A DNA stretch of 64,000 bases, taken from Candidatus Omnitrophota bacterium. Lineage in GTDB: Bacteria; Omnitrophota; Gorgyraeia; Gygaellales; JBFMHM01. Made by a program: the position numbers and the translations under genes. The number at the start of each line of letters is the position of its first letter. Within the stretch, counting starts at the first letter, position 1. This document shows, in pieces, positions 41,524-54,928 of this stretch. The stretch lies in NCBI GenBank assembly GCA_040753015.1, contig JBFMHM010000002.1, positions 36,319 through 100,318 on the forward strand. The letters run 5' to 3'. Below the pieces are notes generated by a model. The model saw only the letters and a list, made by a program, of their open reading frames with translations. It did no database searches and was not told the origin of the DNA.

Positions 41524-43077
41524 TTATTTAGGTAAGCTAGTATAAATCTTACAGCAAGAGCTACAGATTGCCTTGCTTTTTTTATATTTTAACTTTGCAC
41601 CACACTCACACACCCAACCGATTTGTTTCGCAGGCACGCCAACTACAACCGCATAATCTGGCACATCTTTTTTCACTACTGCACCCGCGCCGATAAATGC
41701 ATACCGGCCAATCGTAACCCCACAAACTATAGTTGCATTTGCGCCTATGGATGCGCCTTTTTTTACTAATGTTGGTTTAAACTCATTTTTACGCTCAATA
41801 AATGCACGCGGGTTATAAACATTAGTGAAAACACATGAAGGCCCACAGAAAACATCGTCTTCTAAAGTAATCGATGAATAAACCGAAACATTATTTTGAA
41901 TCTTGCATCTATCCCCAATAATAACATCGGGGCCTATGCAAACATTTTGACCAATGATACATTTTTCGCCTATCTTAGAATTTTTTAATATATGTGAAAA
42001 ATGCCAAATCTTAGTCCCTTGACCTATCTCAACATTCTCATCGATATAACTTGATTCATGTATAAAAAAATCGGTTGGATTGTTAAGATTCGATAATCCT
42101 TGTTTTTTATTTAATAAACTATTTTCGGCTCTTTCCAGCACGCCTAATACAGAAAGGCCTTCTTTACCACAAGTAAGCGGGTTTTGCCTTGTTAAAACAC
42201 ACTTTAAAAAATGCTTCAATTCCTCTTGCAAAGGTTCTTTCTTTTCGATTTCAAGCGGGTAGTAATCTGCCTTTTGAGCAACAGGAATCTTTCCGCTTTG
42301 CCATTCTATCTTATGAGGATAAACTAATAATTTATTCTCGGATAAATCATCAAACACTGCCATAGCTTTTGAACCAACCACAATTAACTTTTGTTCTTTA
42401 AAAGGATGCAACCAACTCACAAAAATATGCGCCTTAATACCATTTTTAAATTCCATGCCTGTTAATGTAGTATCATAATGATTAGATGTAATATAATCAC
42501 CACCAAAAGCATAGACATTTAAAGGATTATCATTGACTAATGATAAGATAACCGAAATATCATGAGGCGCAAAACTCCATAAAATATTTTCTTCAATCCT
42601 CACCTTACCGATGTTTAATCTATTAGAATAAATATATTCAATTTTTCCTAAGTCACCATTTTTTATTAACTCCTTTAATTTAATAATTGCTGGATGATAA
42701 TGAAGGATATGGCCAACCATTAGAATTTTATTTTTTTCTTTTGCTAAACTAATTAATTCTTCACCTTGCCGATAATTTAAAGAAAGTGGTTTTTCTACAA
42801 AAACATCTTTATCTTCTTGAATAGCTTTTTTTGCAATACCATAATGGGTTTCGGCAGGACTAGATATAACTAAAGCTTTTATTGTTGTATCAGCTAATAA
42901 TTCATCAATATTTAAACAGTATTTTATCCCAGGAAATTCTTTTTTTCTTTCTTCTAAAACCGTTATACTTGAGTCGCATGCACTCGCTAAAACATCTAAT
43001 CCATAAAGATTTCTTAGGATATTCTTGCCCCAACCACCAAGGCCAACTAAACCAATAAATTTATCTTTAGTTTGCAT
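41524..43077 (-). CDS. Bifunctional fusion: Gfo/Idh/MocA-family NAD-dependent sugar oxidoreductase (WbpB-like) + left-handed beta-helix hexapeptide N-acetyltransferase (WbpD-like), with Cys-rich C-terminal tail
   Basis: N-terminal Rossmann [16 protein letters not shown] and the family EKP motif (VFVEKPLS). C-terminal tandem hexapeptide repeats ([13 protein letters not shown]...[25 protein letters not shown]...[28 protein letters not shown]). Tail [20 protein letters not shown]. Confidence 0.7.
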   Translation of the reverse strand: MQTKDKFIGLVGLGGWGKNILRNLYGLDVLASACDSSITVLEERKKEFPGIKYCLNIDELLADTTIKALVISSPAETHYGIAKKAIQEDKDVFVEKPLSLNYRQGEELISLAKEKNKILMVGHILHYHPAIIKLKELIKNGDLGKIEYIYSNRLNIGKVRIEENILWSFAPHDISVILSLVNDNPLNVYAFGGDYITSNHYDTTLTGMEFKNGIKAHIFVSWLHPFKEQKLIVVGSKAMAVFDDLSENKLLVYPHKIEWQSGKIPVAQKADYYPLEIEKKEPLQEELKHFLKCVLTRQNPLTCGKEGLSVLGVLERAENSLLNKKQGLSNLNNPTDFFIHESSYIDENVEIGQGTKIWHFSHILKNSKIGEKCIIGQNVCIGPDVIIGDRCKIQNNVSVYSSITLEDDVFCGPSCVFTNVYNPRAFIERKNEFKPTLVKKGASIGANATIVCGVTIGRYAFIGAGAVVKKDVPDYAVVVGVPAKQIGWVCECGAKLKYKKSKAICSSCCKIYTSLPK

Positions 43078-43079
43078 TA

Positions 43080-44639
43080 TTAAAACCTGTCGCTATAAAT
43101 CGTCATGTCTAAAAATGATTTAAGCCTTCTAGACCTTGTTGGATGACGAAGTTTTCTGAGCGCCTTTGCCTCGATTTGCCTGACGCGCTCCCTAGTAACT
43201 TTGAATATATTACCAACCTCCTCTAGCGTCCTAGGAGATCCGTCTTGTGTACCAAAACGAAACTCTAGTATTCTTCTTTCTCGCTCTGACAATGTTGCTA
43301 AAGCAACTTCGATCTCTTCCTTAAGCATTGATTTAACTGTTGTGTTTGCTGGAGAAATTGCTTTTTTATCTTCGATAAAATCACCGAAATGCGTATCACC
43401 TTTATCGCCAATCGGCGTCTGCAAAGAAATTGGCTCCTGGGCAATCTTTAGTATAGACTTAACTTTGCCTTGCGACATTCTTAACTCTTTTGCAATTTCT
43501 TCGGCACCCGGTTCCCTGCCATATTCTTGGACAAAAAGACGAGAAATCCTTGTAATCTTATTAATAGTTTCTGTCATATGCACAGGTATTCTAATAGTCC
43601 GTGCCTGATCTGCTATTGAACGAGTAATTGCCTGCCTAATCCACCATGTGGCATAAGTAGAAAATTTATATCCCCTTTTATATTCAAATTTCTCAACGGC
43701 GCGCATAAGGCCAATATTACCTTCTTGAATAAGATCGAGGAAAGAAAGGCCTCTATTGGTATATTTTTTTGCGATGCTCACAACAAGTCTTAAATTAGCT
43801 TCGACTAATTTCTTTTTTGCCCTATTAAAAAATGAGTATTTTACCCTAATTGAATGAAAAATTTGCTTTATCTTATCATAGGGCATTCCTAATTCTTTAA
43901 CTATAGAACGTTTTTTTTGTAATAATTTATTTTTTCCTATTGCCTTCTTTTTGCTTTTTCTAAAACTATCTAACTGTTTATCTATGCATTCAATTTCAAG
44001 AATTAACGCACGCATTTTATCCATTATCTTCTCAACAGCAGAAACAGTCAAATTAAAATCTATAAGAATTTGCAGCCATTTGTTTTCATCTTTAGTTTGC
44101 TTCAGTTTCTTTGTCAAATAGCTAACTTTTTTTATAAATTTTTCGTCTCTTAGGAAAATATCTTCTTTTATTAAATCTTCTAGCCCAGATTTTTTTTCTA
44201 AAATCTCCTCAAATAGCTTAATAATCTCTTTCTTAGCAAACTTTGTAACCAAGACTACTTGAAATAAGTTCTTCTCTCTTTCTTCAATTTTTTTTGCAAG
44301 ATCAATTTCTTCTTCTCTCGAGAGAAGATCAATAGAACCCATTTGCTTAAGATACATTTTTACAGGATCATCCATAGGGCTTACGCGCTCCTGAGCTATT
44401 GACTCAACATCTTCCTTGTTTAACTCCTGCGCTGCATCTTGAAGATCCAGAGTATCTTTTTTATCTTCTACAATTTCAATATCTTCACTACCCAGTAAAT
44501 CAAAAACTTCATCTATTTCTTGTACACTCGTAGCATCCTCGGGTAATATTTGATTTACTTCATCATAGGTCAAAAAACCTCTTTGCTTACCAAGCGCGAT
44601 TAATTTTTCAGTATTCTGCTTAATCGTTCCTTCTTTCAT
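43080..44639 (-). CDS. rpoD: RNA polymerase primary sigma factor (sigma-70 family, RpoD)
   Basis: Region 2 [54 protein letters not shown]. Region 4 [30 protein letters not shown]. Acidic region 1. Confidence 0.92.
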   Translation of the reverse strand: MKEGTIKQNTEKLIALGKQRGFLTYDEVNQILPEDATSVQEIDEVFDLLGSEDIEIVEDKKDTLDLQDAAQELNKEDVESIAQERVSPMDDPVKMYLKQMGSIDLLSREEEIDLAKKIEEREKNLFQVVLVTKFAKKEIIKLFEEILEKKSGLEDLIKEDIFLRDEKFIKKVSYLTKKLKQTKDENKWLQILIDFNLTVSAVEKIMDKMRALILEIECIDKQLDSFRKSKKKAIGKNKLLQKKRSIVKELGMPYDKIKQIFHSIRVKYSFFNRAKKKLVEANLRLVVSIAKKYTNRGLSFLDLIQEGNIGLMRAVEKFEYKRGYKFSTYATWWIRQAITRSIADQARTIRIPVHMTETINKITRISRLFVQEYGREPGAEEIAKELRMSQGKVKSILKIAQEPISLQTPIGDKGDTHFGDFIEDKKAISPANTTVKSMLKEEIEVALATLSERERRILEFRFGTQDGSPRTLEEVGNIFKVTRERVRQIEAKALRKLRHPTRSRRLKSFLDMTIYSDRF

Positions 44640-44651
44640 AATACTCCTTAT

Positions 44652-46448
44652 TTATTTTAAACAATTTTTAAACTCAACCAGCAGTTCCTTAAGCCTGTCT
44701 TGATCGTTTTTTCTCTGTGCAACCATGATTTGTTCTTGAATATTTTTTCGCTTCAATTTCAGATTTTGGTCCTTTATTCTTCTTATACAATCATCTAGTA
44801 ATCTATTCAAACTCGAACTATCCTTCCCGGTACTGGTAAAATCTAACTCGCCAGATAATGATGCTTGAGATAAAATATTGATATGTTCGCTGTCTTGAAA
44901 CTGGCTAATTAATCTAGAAATAGAAATCTCTTGGTTATTATTTAATAAATTAAATATCTCGCTGATTATATCCGCAATTCGCGGATCACTAAACTCATAT
45001 GGATTAATATTTTCCTTTAATCTATATAAAAAGTCAGATTCTTTAAGCGCTAATTTTAATAAAGTCATTTCTGCAGACAAAACATTATTTCTAAATTCAA
45101 ATATAGAGTTACCTTTATTAAAATCTCCGCTCGGCGTATTTTTAAACTTTTTAAATTCATCAAAAACTGCCTGTTCATCTATCCTTAACAATTCAGATAC
45201 TTTTTTCAAATAATCCGTCTTCAGCACTTCATTATCTATTTTCTTAATAGTAAGGAGTATTTCTTTTACTACTTCTGCCTTACCATTAGATGAATTTATA
45301 TCAAAACGCGCGGTTAAAAGTTTTAATTTATAATCAAAAAAACTGTTTGACCGATTCAATAATTCTTTTAATTTTTGTATACCGTATTGATGAATATATG
45401 AATCAGGATCAAAGCCTTTATCTAAAGCTACAATCTCTAAATTTATACCCTCTTCAATAAAAATATCAAAAGCGCGCAGCGCAGCCAACTCCCCAGCCTT
45501 ATCAGCATCAAATAATACCTTTACGTTATTCGTAAACCTTTTTATTAATCTGGCATGATCATTAGTCAATGCAGTTCCAAGCGTTGCAACCGTATTAAAT
45601 AGGCCTGCCTGATAAAGACTTATAAAATCAAAATTACCTTCTACAATTATAAGATAACCGTACTCTCTTATGTTATCTTTTGCCAAATTTAATCCATACA
45701 AAAGTTTTCCCTTTGAAAAAATTGGCGTATCTGGTGAATTAATATATTTAGGTAAAATGGCATCCTTAGCAACAACTGGATTAGAAGTAGGCAATACTCT
45801 TGCACTAAAAGCAACTGGCCTCGATTTTAAATCAAAGATCGGACAAACTATTCTATTCCTAAAACGATCATAATAACCACCGTTTTGACGCGGAACTATT
45901 AAACCACATTTCTCAATAAGAGATATCGGAATATCTTTAGATCTTAAAAAATCAATCAATCCTTGCCAAGAATCTTCGGCAAATCCTAGTTTAAACTTAT
46001 TTATTGTATCCTGGTTAATATTCCTTTTCTTAAGATAATCTCTGGCTCTAAGTGCATTATCCGACTTCAATAATAAATTATGATAATGAACAACGGCGGA
46101 TTCAATAACCTTGTATAATTTTGTAACTAAGCTTGTTTCTTTGTATTCCTCTCTCTGCGGCAAGCTTACTTGTGCTTTTTTTGCCAATATCTCTACAGAT
46201 TCTTGAAAACCAATGCGCTCATATTGCATTAAAAAATTAAACGCGTTGCCACCTGCACCACAACCAAAACAATGGTAAATTTGTTTTTCCTGGCTTACGA
46301 TAAAAGATGCCGTTTTTTCATTATGAAACGGACAGATAGCCTTAAAACTCCTGCCAATTTTCTTTAATGGAATATATGAAGAAATGACTTCCGTAATATC
46401 AATTCTAGATAAAATTTCATCGAGAGTTTCCTGGGAAAGACGCGGCAT
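44652..46448 (-). CDS. dnaG: DNA primase DnaG
   Basis: CHC2 zinc finger FKAICPFHNEKTASFIVSQEKQIYHCFGCGAGGNAFNF. TOPRIM region (EGNFDFISL...DAD). Classic dnaG-rpoD linkage. Confidence 0.9.
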   Translation of the reverse strand: MPRLSQETLDEILSRIDITEVISSYIPLKKIGRSFKAICPFHNEKTASFIVSQEKQIYHCFGCGAGGNAFNFLMQYERIGFQESVEILAKKAQVSLPQREEYKETSLVTKLYKVIESAVVHYHNLLLKSDNALRARDYLKKRNINQDTINKFKLGFAEDSWQGLIDFLRSKDIPISLIEKCGLIVPRQNGGYYDRFRNRIVCPIFDLKSRPVAFSARVLPTSNPVVAKDAILPKYINSPDTPIFSKGKLLYGLNLAKDNIREYGYLIIVEGNFDFISLYQAGLFNTVATLGTALTNDHARLIKRFTNNVKVLFDADKAGELAALRAFDIFIEEGINLEIVALDKGFDPDSYIHQYGIQKLKELLNRSNSFFDYKLKLLTARFDINSSNGKAEVVKEILLTIKKIDNEVLKTDYLKKVSELLRIDEQAVFDEFKKFKNTPSGDFNKGNSIFEFRNNVLSAEMTLLKLALKESDFLYRLKENINPYEFSDPRIADIISEIFNLLNNNQEISISRLISQFQDSEHINILSQASLSGELDFTSTGKDSSSLNRLLDDCIRRIKDQNLKLKRKNIQEQIMVAQRKNDQDRLKELLVEFKNCLK

Positions 46449-46450
46449 TA

Positions 46451-47401
46451 TTATCTAGTAATTCTCGTAAAACCAGAACAATTAATAATTTCAAACTTCT
46501 CTTTTTTTCCTAGCGAGTCAAATAAAAGGTTTAAACCTAAAGTATCCGATGCTATATGACCAGCAATAATTATATTTAAATGCTCGAGGCTAGCCTTTTT
46601 AAAATGCTCTTCACTTAGATGCATGGAAATAATAGTATTAACCCCAGCACGGATAAGATAATTAAATAAATCTTTTGATCCTTCTGTCCCACCAGTCATA
46701 TCAACAAAAATTTTCCCAGCTCTATTTGTTTCTTTGCCTAACAAAACCTTCGGCCCAGATTTACCTTGTAAAGCAATTTCATACTCAGGAATATCTTCAA
46801 GAATATCGATAACATCTTTTAACTCATATGGTTTTTTCTTATCAAAAATATCCTGTAGAAAATTTGCAACGAAATTATCCGATGCTGTGTGTGCGCACAT
46901 AAATGGCATATTTAATAATCTTGCTGTATCAACAGCCCGATTATGGTTTCCGGAATGTAATTTCCTTGCAACTTCATCTATTCTTGAACTAGTCAAACTT
47001 TCTGCAACGTTAATTGGAATACCTAAACCCGCTAAGATATCAATTTGTAACTGCATTACTTCTGAAAGCCCCGCAAGGGCTTTTCCTTCTGGATGATGAC
47101 TGATTACAAGGTCAAGCCCATCCTTATTCCTAATATTATCGGCTAAGATAATCTCGGCTGATTCAATATCGATACCTACTAAAATTTTTTTTACATCAAG
47201 ACTCCTATCGCCAAATAAAATTCTCGTATCGGAATAAGGATTTATTAATGTTTCGGTATCGAAACCCTTTTTTTCTTTATCGCTAAGCGTATTAAATTTT
47301 TGTTTACGTCTAAGAAGTTCTCTTTCTACAAAATTCTTTCCTCTTAAATCTTTTTCAATCGCGGCTTTTATAACTGAATCATAAAGTTGAGATAATTTCA
47401 T
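46451..47401 (-). CDS. Nif3-family dinuclear metal center protein (YqfO/YbgI-like)
   Basis: Conserved DLVISHHP and C-terminal IIAGH...D metal-ligand motifs. In Bacillus the homolog also sits beside the sigA operon. Confidence 0.7.
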   Translation of the reverse strand: MKLSQLYDSVIKAAIEKDLRGKNFVERELLRRKQKFNTLSDKEKKGFDTETLINPYSDTRILFGDRSLDVKKILVGIDIESAEIILADNIRNKDGLDLVISHHPEGKALAGLSEVMQLQIDILAGLGIPINVAESLTSSRIDEVARKLHSGNHNRAVDTARLLNMPFMCAHTASDNFVANFLQDIFDKKKPYELKDVIDILEDIPEYEIALQGKSGPKVLLGKETNRAGKIFVDMTGGTEGSKDLFNYLIRAGVNTIISMHLSEEHFKKASLEHLNIIIAGHIASDTLGLNLLFDSLGKKEKFEIINCSGFTRITR

Positions 47402-47927
47402 TTTTCTTCTCCTCGTGGGGCAAAATATTCTTGATTATTTTTTCAAAAATAAAACTATAGGTTTTATTCGATAACGTTAAAACTCTAAGGCCAACTAAAG
47501 ATTTATTAATACTTTTATGAAAATAATCAGTATTTATTAAAATAAAAAATGCTAATATTAAACTAGCCAGTAATGCACCTCTTATGAATCCAACTATAAA
47601 ACCTAAAATTTTATCAATAACACCCGTAGACTCAAATTTAAAAATCATCACGAAGAAGCTTCGCAATAAGACAACGATTATATAACTTACGGCCACCAAT
47701 ACTAAAAAGGATATATTTTCAAGCAATTTTGCTTTTAACGGTAAGTAATCTCTCAAAAAATCGGCTAGGTTCAGATAGAATTGGAAGCTGATAAATATTG
47801 ATACAATTATCCCTAAAAATTTAAAAAATTCAACAGCAAAACCATTTTTTATTCCGACGAGAAAAGAACGTACAATTATCAAACTTATAAATAAATCTAT
47901 CCAATTAATTTTATAAATAAACTCCAT
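47379..47927 (-). CDS. cvpA: CvpA-family membrane protein
   Basis: INWIDLFISLIIVRSFLVGIKNGFAVEFFKFLGIIVSIF matches the CvpA N-terminal helix pattern. 4 TM helices. SD AGGAGA 6 nt before the ATG. Confidence 0.55.
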   Translation of the reverse strand: MEFIYKINWIDLFISLIIVRSFLVGIKNGFAVEFFKFLGIIVSIFISFQFYLNLADFLRDYLPLKAKLLENISFLVLVAVSYIIVVLLRSFFVMIFKFESTGVIDKILGFIVGFIRGALLASLILAFFILINTDYFHKSINKSLVGLRVLTLSNKTYSFIFEKIIKNILPHEEKKNEIISTL

Positions 47928-47953
47928 TCGTTTTCTCCTAAAAATGCTTTATA

Positions 47954-47982
47954 AGTATAACATATAAAAATAGGAATGTCAA
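47954..47982 (-). promoter_or_regulatory. Candidate sigma-70 promoter for the cvpA-nif3-dnaG-rpoD-glycan block
   Basis: Minus-strand -35 TTGACA (reverse complement of 47977-47982), 17-nt spacer, -10 TATACT (reverse complement of 47954-47959). About 25 nt upstream of the cvpA ATG. Confidence 0.4.
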
Positions 47983-48058
47983 GGTAGGGGACAACTTATA
48001 AAAAAACTAATTTTAAGGAAAAATAAGTAAAATTTTTATTATTAATTATAAATATTTC

Positions 48059-48087
48059 TTGACATAAAAAAATTTCTATGTTATATT
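48059..48087 (+). promoter_or_regulatory. Near-consensus sigma-70 promoter
   Basis: TTGACA 48059-48064, 17-nt spacer, TATATT 48082-48087. AT-rich upstream region. Confidence 0.55.
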
Positions 48088-48141
48088 CAAAATGTATTTA
48101 ATATATTTTATAAAAGTAATCGGTGAAAGGAGGTGAACAAG

Positions 48142-48519
48142 ATGAAGAAAATCGCTGTTATGTTGATTGCCGGAATAATGTTATTTAGTTTTATAGCACC
48201 GATTTACGCGCAGAATCCAATTATTAAATTGGGCAGAGGCGTTGTCAATACTTTTTCTGGTTTCTTAGAAATTGTTAAACAACCCTATGAAACTACAAAA
48301 CAAGAAAATTTACTAGCAGGTTGTACCGTAGGTCTAGTAAAAGGTCTCGGTATGGGCTTACTTAGAACTGGTGTTGGTCTTTGGGACTTAATAACATTCC
48401 CATTCCCAGCTCCTGCAAAATTTGAGCCTGTATTACAACCTGAATTTGTATTTAGTGGTGCTGAATTCACAACCCAAGAAAAAACAACCCCTGCTCCAGC
48501 ATCATCTAAAATTAAATAA
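48142..48519 (+). CDS. Small secreted Gly-rich protein with signal peptide, unknown function
   Basis: MKKIAVMLIAGIMLFSFIAPIYAQNP signal peptide. SD AAAGGAGG 8 nt upstream of ATG 48142 (the ORF track's 48133 is a GTG). Gly-rich core GLVKGLGMGLLRTGVGLWDL. Confidence 0.65.
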   Translation: MKKIAVMLIAGIMLFSFIAPIYAQNPIIKLGRGVVNTFSGFLEIVKQPYETTKQENLLAGCTVGLVKGLGMGLLRTGVGLWDLITFPFPAPAKFEPVLQPEFVFSGAEFTTQEKTTPAPASSKIK

Positions 48520-48541
48520 ATTATTAGTTTTAAATAAAAAA

Positions 48542-48575
48542 CCCGCATATTTTAAAAATAGTGTGGGTTTTTTAT
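48542..48575 (+). terminator. Rho-independent terminator after the small secreted protein gene
   Basis: Stem CCCGCA / TGTGGG (one G-U pair) followed by TTTTTTATTTT. Confidence 0.45.
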
Positions 48576-48600
48576 TTTATCGCTAATCATTTTTATAAAC

Positions 48601-48642
48601 AAAAAACCCCCTATTCTTATATATAAAATTAAGAATAGGGGG
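48601..48642 (-). terminator. Rho-independent terminator of the rRNA operon (hairpin could also act bidirectionally)
   Basis: Perfect 13-bp inverted repeat CCCCCTATTCTTA (48607-48619) / TAAGAATAGGGGG (48630-48642). On the minus strand it is followed by TTTTTT (reverse complement of 48601-48606). It lies 17 nt past the 5S end. Confidence 0.6.
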
Positions 48643-48658
48643 TTAATTTTAACCGAGC

Positions 48659-48770
48659 AATTTCCTACTCTCCCAATTCATTGCTAAATTAGTACCATCG
48701 GCCTCGAGAAGCTTAACTACCGTATTCGGAATGGGAACGGGTGTTTCCTCCTCGGGTAATATCACTCGGA
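48659..48770 (-). rRNA. rrf: 5S ribosomal RNA
   Basis: Reverse complement reads ...CACCCGTTCCCATTCCGAATACGGTAGTTAAGC...GCCGATGGTACT...GAGAGTAGG... with terminal helix CCGAG/CTCGG. Confidence 0.8.
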
Positions 48771-48797
48771 ATTCTAAAAAATATATTTGAAAATTAT

Positions 48798-51778
<2,981 letters not shown>

Positions 51779-51798
51779 CACAAATTTTCAAAGAACTG

Positions 51799-51871
51799 TG
51801 GACCTGAGCGGGATCGAACCGCTGACCCCCTGCTTGCAAAGCAGGTGCTCTCCCAGCTGAGCTACAGGCCC
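51799..51871 (-). tRNA. tRNA-Ala (anticodon UGC)
   Basis: Reverse complement: GGGCCTGTAGCTCAGCTGGGAGAGCACCTGCTTTGCAAGCAGGGGGTCAGCGGTTCGATCCCGCTCAGGTCCA. CCA not encoded. Confidence 0.95.
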
Positions 51872-51882
51872 GATAAACTTAG

Positions 51883-51956
51883 TGGGCCCGAGTGGATTCG
51901 AACCACTGACCCCAGTCTTATCAGGGCTGTGCTCTAACCAACTGAGCTACGGGCCC
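51883..51956 (-). tRNA. tRNA-Ile (anticodon GAU)
   Basis: Reverse complement: GGGCCCGTAGCTCAGTTGGTTAGAGCACAGCCCTGATAAGACTGGGGTCAGTGGTTCGAATCCACTCGGGCCCA. Confidence 0.95.
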
Positions 51957-52162
51957 AAAATTTACAAATGTCTCACCCATAACTCAATCTAATCTCAGCC
52001 AAAGGCTGATCCGCCTCTGGCGGAAACTGAGCTACGGGCCCATTCAAATCTAGCAAATTGCCCTGATTCAATCTGCATCATATAAATTTAATAGCCAAGC
52101 CGGAGAATTGATTCGGCTTATTATTTTGTTTTGTTACTTATTGCCTCTCTAAAAAAAATAGA

Positions 52163-53757
<1,595 letters not shown>

Positions 53758-53924
53758 AACTTGGCTATATATTTAAAAAGAACAATAAAAAAGGCACCGA
53801 CGAGATGTCAGTACCTTTATAAAAATCTATCTCGCATTATCTATCTACAAATATTGTCAACGAATTTTATTTTCACTTATAAATAAGTATACCTTAAAAA
53901 ACACTAATAAATTCAAGTTGTATA

Positions 53925-53952
53925 ATTATAACAATATAAAACTATTTGTCAA
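53925..53952 (-). promoter_or_regulatory. Consensus sigma-70 promoter oriented toward the rRNA operon
   Basis: Minus strand: -35 TTGACA (reverse complement of 53947-53952), 16-nt spacer, -10 TATAAT (reverse complement of 53925-53930). About 170 nt upstream of the mature 16S 5' end. Confidence 0.5.
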
Positions 53953-53974
53953 GGTATTTTTTTTAAGCTATAAT
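53946..53974 (+). promoter_or_regulatory. Sigma-70 promoter for the GH18-like gene, sharing its -35 bases with the divergent rRNA promoter
   Basis: TTGTCA 53946-53951, 17-nt spacer, TATAAT 53969-53974. ATG at 53981 leaves almost no leader, so the mRNA is leaderless or has a very short leader. Confidence 0.45.
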
Positions 53975-53980
53975 TAACAA

Positions 53981-54832
53981 ATGAAAAAAACATTCTTATG
54001 GTTATCTTTATTAATATTGCTAACTATTTTTACCCTAGTATTAAAACCAACCCCTCTATATATAAGCGGATGGATTGCCTATTGGGATTTTGATCAAAGC
54101 ATTAACACGTTAAACGCTAACAAACACATTCTCAATGAAATTAATCCGTTTATTTATTCCCTTGATAAACAAGGTAACATCATTTGTCTTATAAGTCAAG
54201 ATAAAATAAATGCATTAAAAAAAATAGAAATCAAAAAATTTATTCCTACAATTGTAAATGATGTTATTGATACCTCTTCTAATAAGCGCATATTAAAAGA
54301 TTCAGGCATAATCCATGAAATTTTATCAAATAAAGACCTGATGAATAAGCATATCGATCAAATAGTAGAATTAGTTAAGAATAACAACTATACTGGTATT
54401 GATATTGATTACGAAAAAATAAACCCAAAAGATTATGACATGTTCCTTGTTTTTATAAGAAATTTATCTACATCGTTGCGCGAAAATAAAAAAGAACTTA
54501 GTGTTACATTAGAGCCAAAATATATTTTAAAAAATACCGGCCTCAATATAAAACTTATCGCTAAATATAGTGATAAAATAAATATTATGTGTTACAATTA
54601 CCCATCTAACAAAACAAACCAAACCACTCCTTTATTTTGGCTAAATGAAATTATCCAAAAAGCAATAAAACTTATACCGCTTAAAAAAATTAGTTTAGCA
54701 TTGAGCATGCTTAAAGAAAACGAAGATAGCATTATAGAAAAAATAAAACTAATAAAAAAATATAAAATCCATAAAATTGCGATCTGGCGGATCGGAACGG
54801 CTGCGATTCTTAAATCTTTCCAAAAATCATGA
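53981..54832 (+). CDS. Glycoside hydrolase family 18-like (chitinase/YaaH-like) domain protein with N-terminal signal/anchor
   Basis: GH18 strand-1 pattern ISGWIAYWD. Catalytic-region motif NNYTGIDIDYE (DxDxE with the first Asp replaced). N-terminal hydrophobic LWLSLLILLTIFTLVL. Confidence 0.5.
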   Translation: MKKTFLWLSLLILLTIFTLVLKPTPLYISGWIAYWDFDQSINTLNANKHILNEINPFIYSLDKQGNIICLISQDKINALKKIEIKKFIPTIVNDVIDTSSNKRILKDSGIIHEILSNKDLMNKHIDQIVELVKNNNYTGIDIDYEKINPKDYDMFLVFIRNLSTSLRENKKELSVTLEPKYILKNTGLNIKLIAKYSDKINIMCYNYPSNKTNQTTPLFWLNEIIQKAIKLIPLKKISLALSMLKENEDSIIEKIKLIKKYKIHKIAIWRIGTAAILKSFQKS

Positions 54833-54865
54833 CAGATAAATTACTAACACATCTAAAGAAAAAGC

Positions 54866-54894
54866 TTGACAAAATCAACAAAATTAGTTATTAT
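54866..54894 (+). promoter_or_regulatory. Near-consensus sigma-70 promoter for the AbiE-like pair
   Basis: TTGACA 54866-54871, 17-nt spacer, TATTAT 54889-54894. The ORF-track start at 54866 lies inside this promoter. Confidence 0.55.
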
Positions 54895-54928
54895 TTCAGA
54901 TAATCCTATTTTTATAGGAATAATTGAA

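Noticed and set aside
7792-47096. Short plus-strand ORFs antisense to minus-strand genes (7792-8028, 8491-8685, 8967-9170, 10052-10276, 13502-13759, 15344-15580, 17023-17271, 18315-18524, 18953-19138, 19166-19378, 29612-29806, 36122-36403, 42080-42262, 43201-43608, 45670-45873, 46734-47096) and nested minus-strand ORFs (10916-11116, 15831-16028, 24880-25074, 28186-28371, 33823-34005, 39037-39270, 39919-40104)
   Set aside because: Each is fully contained in, or antisense to, a longer ORF with clear family motifs. These are expected by chance in AT-rich DNA and none has a recognisable domain.
48285-48548. Minus-strand 87-aa ORF overlapping the small secreted protein gene
   Set aside because: The plus-strand gene has a consensus promoter, SD, signal peptide and terminator. 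The antisense ORF is Gly/Ala/Val-rich, as expected for the complement of a Gly-rich coding region.
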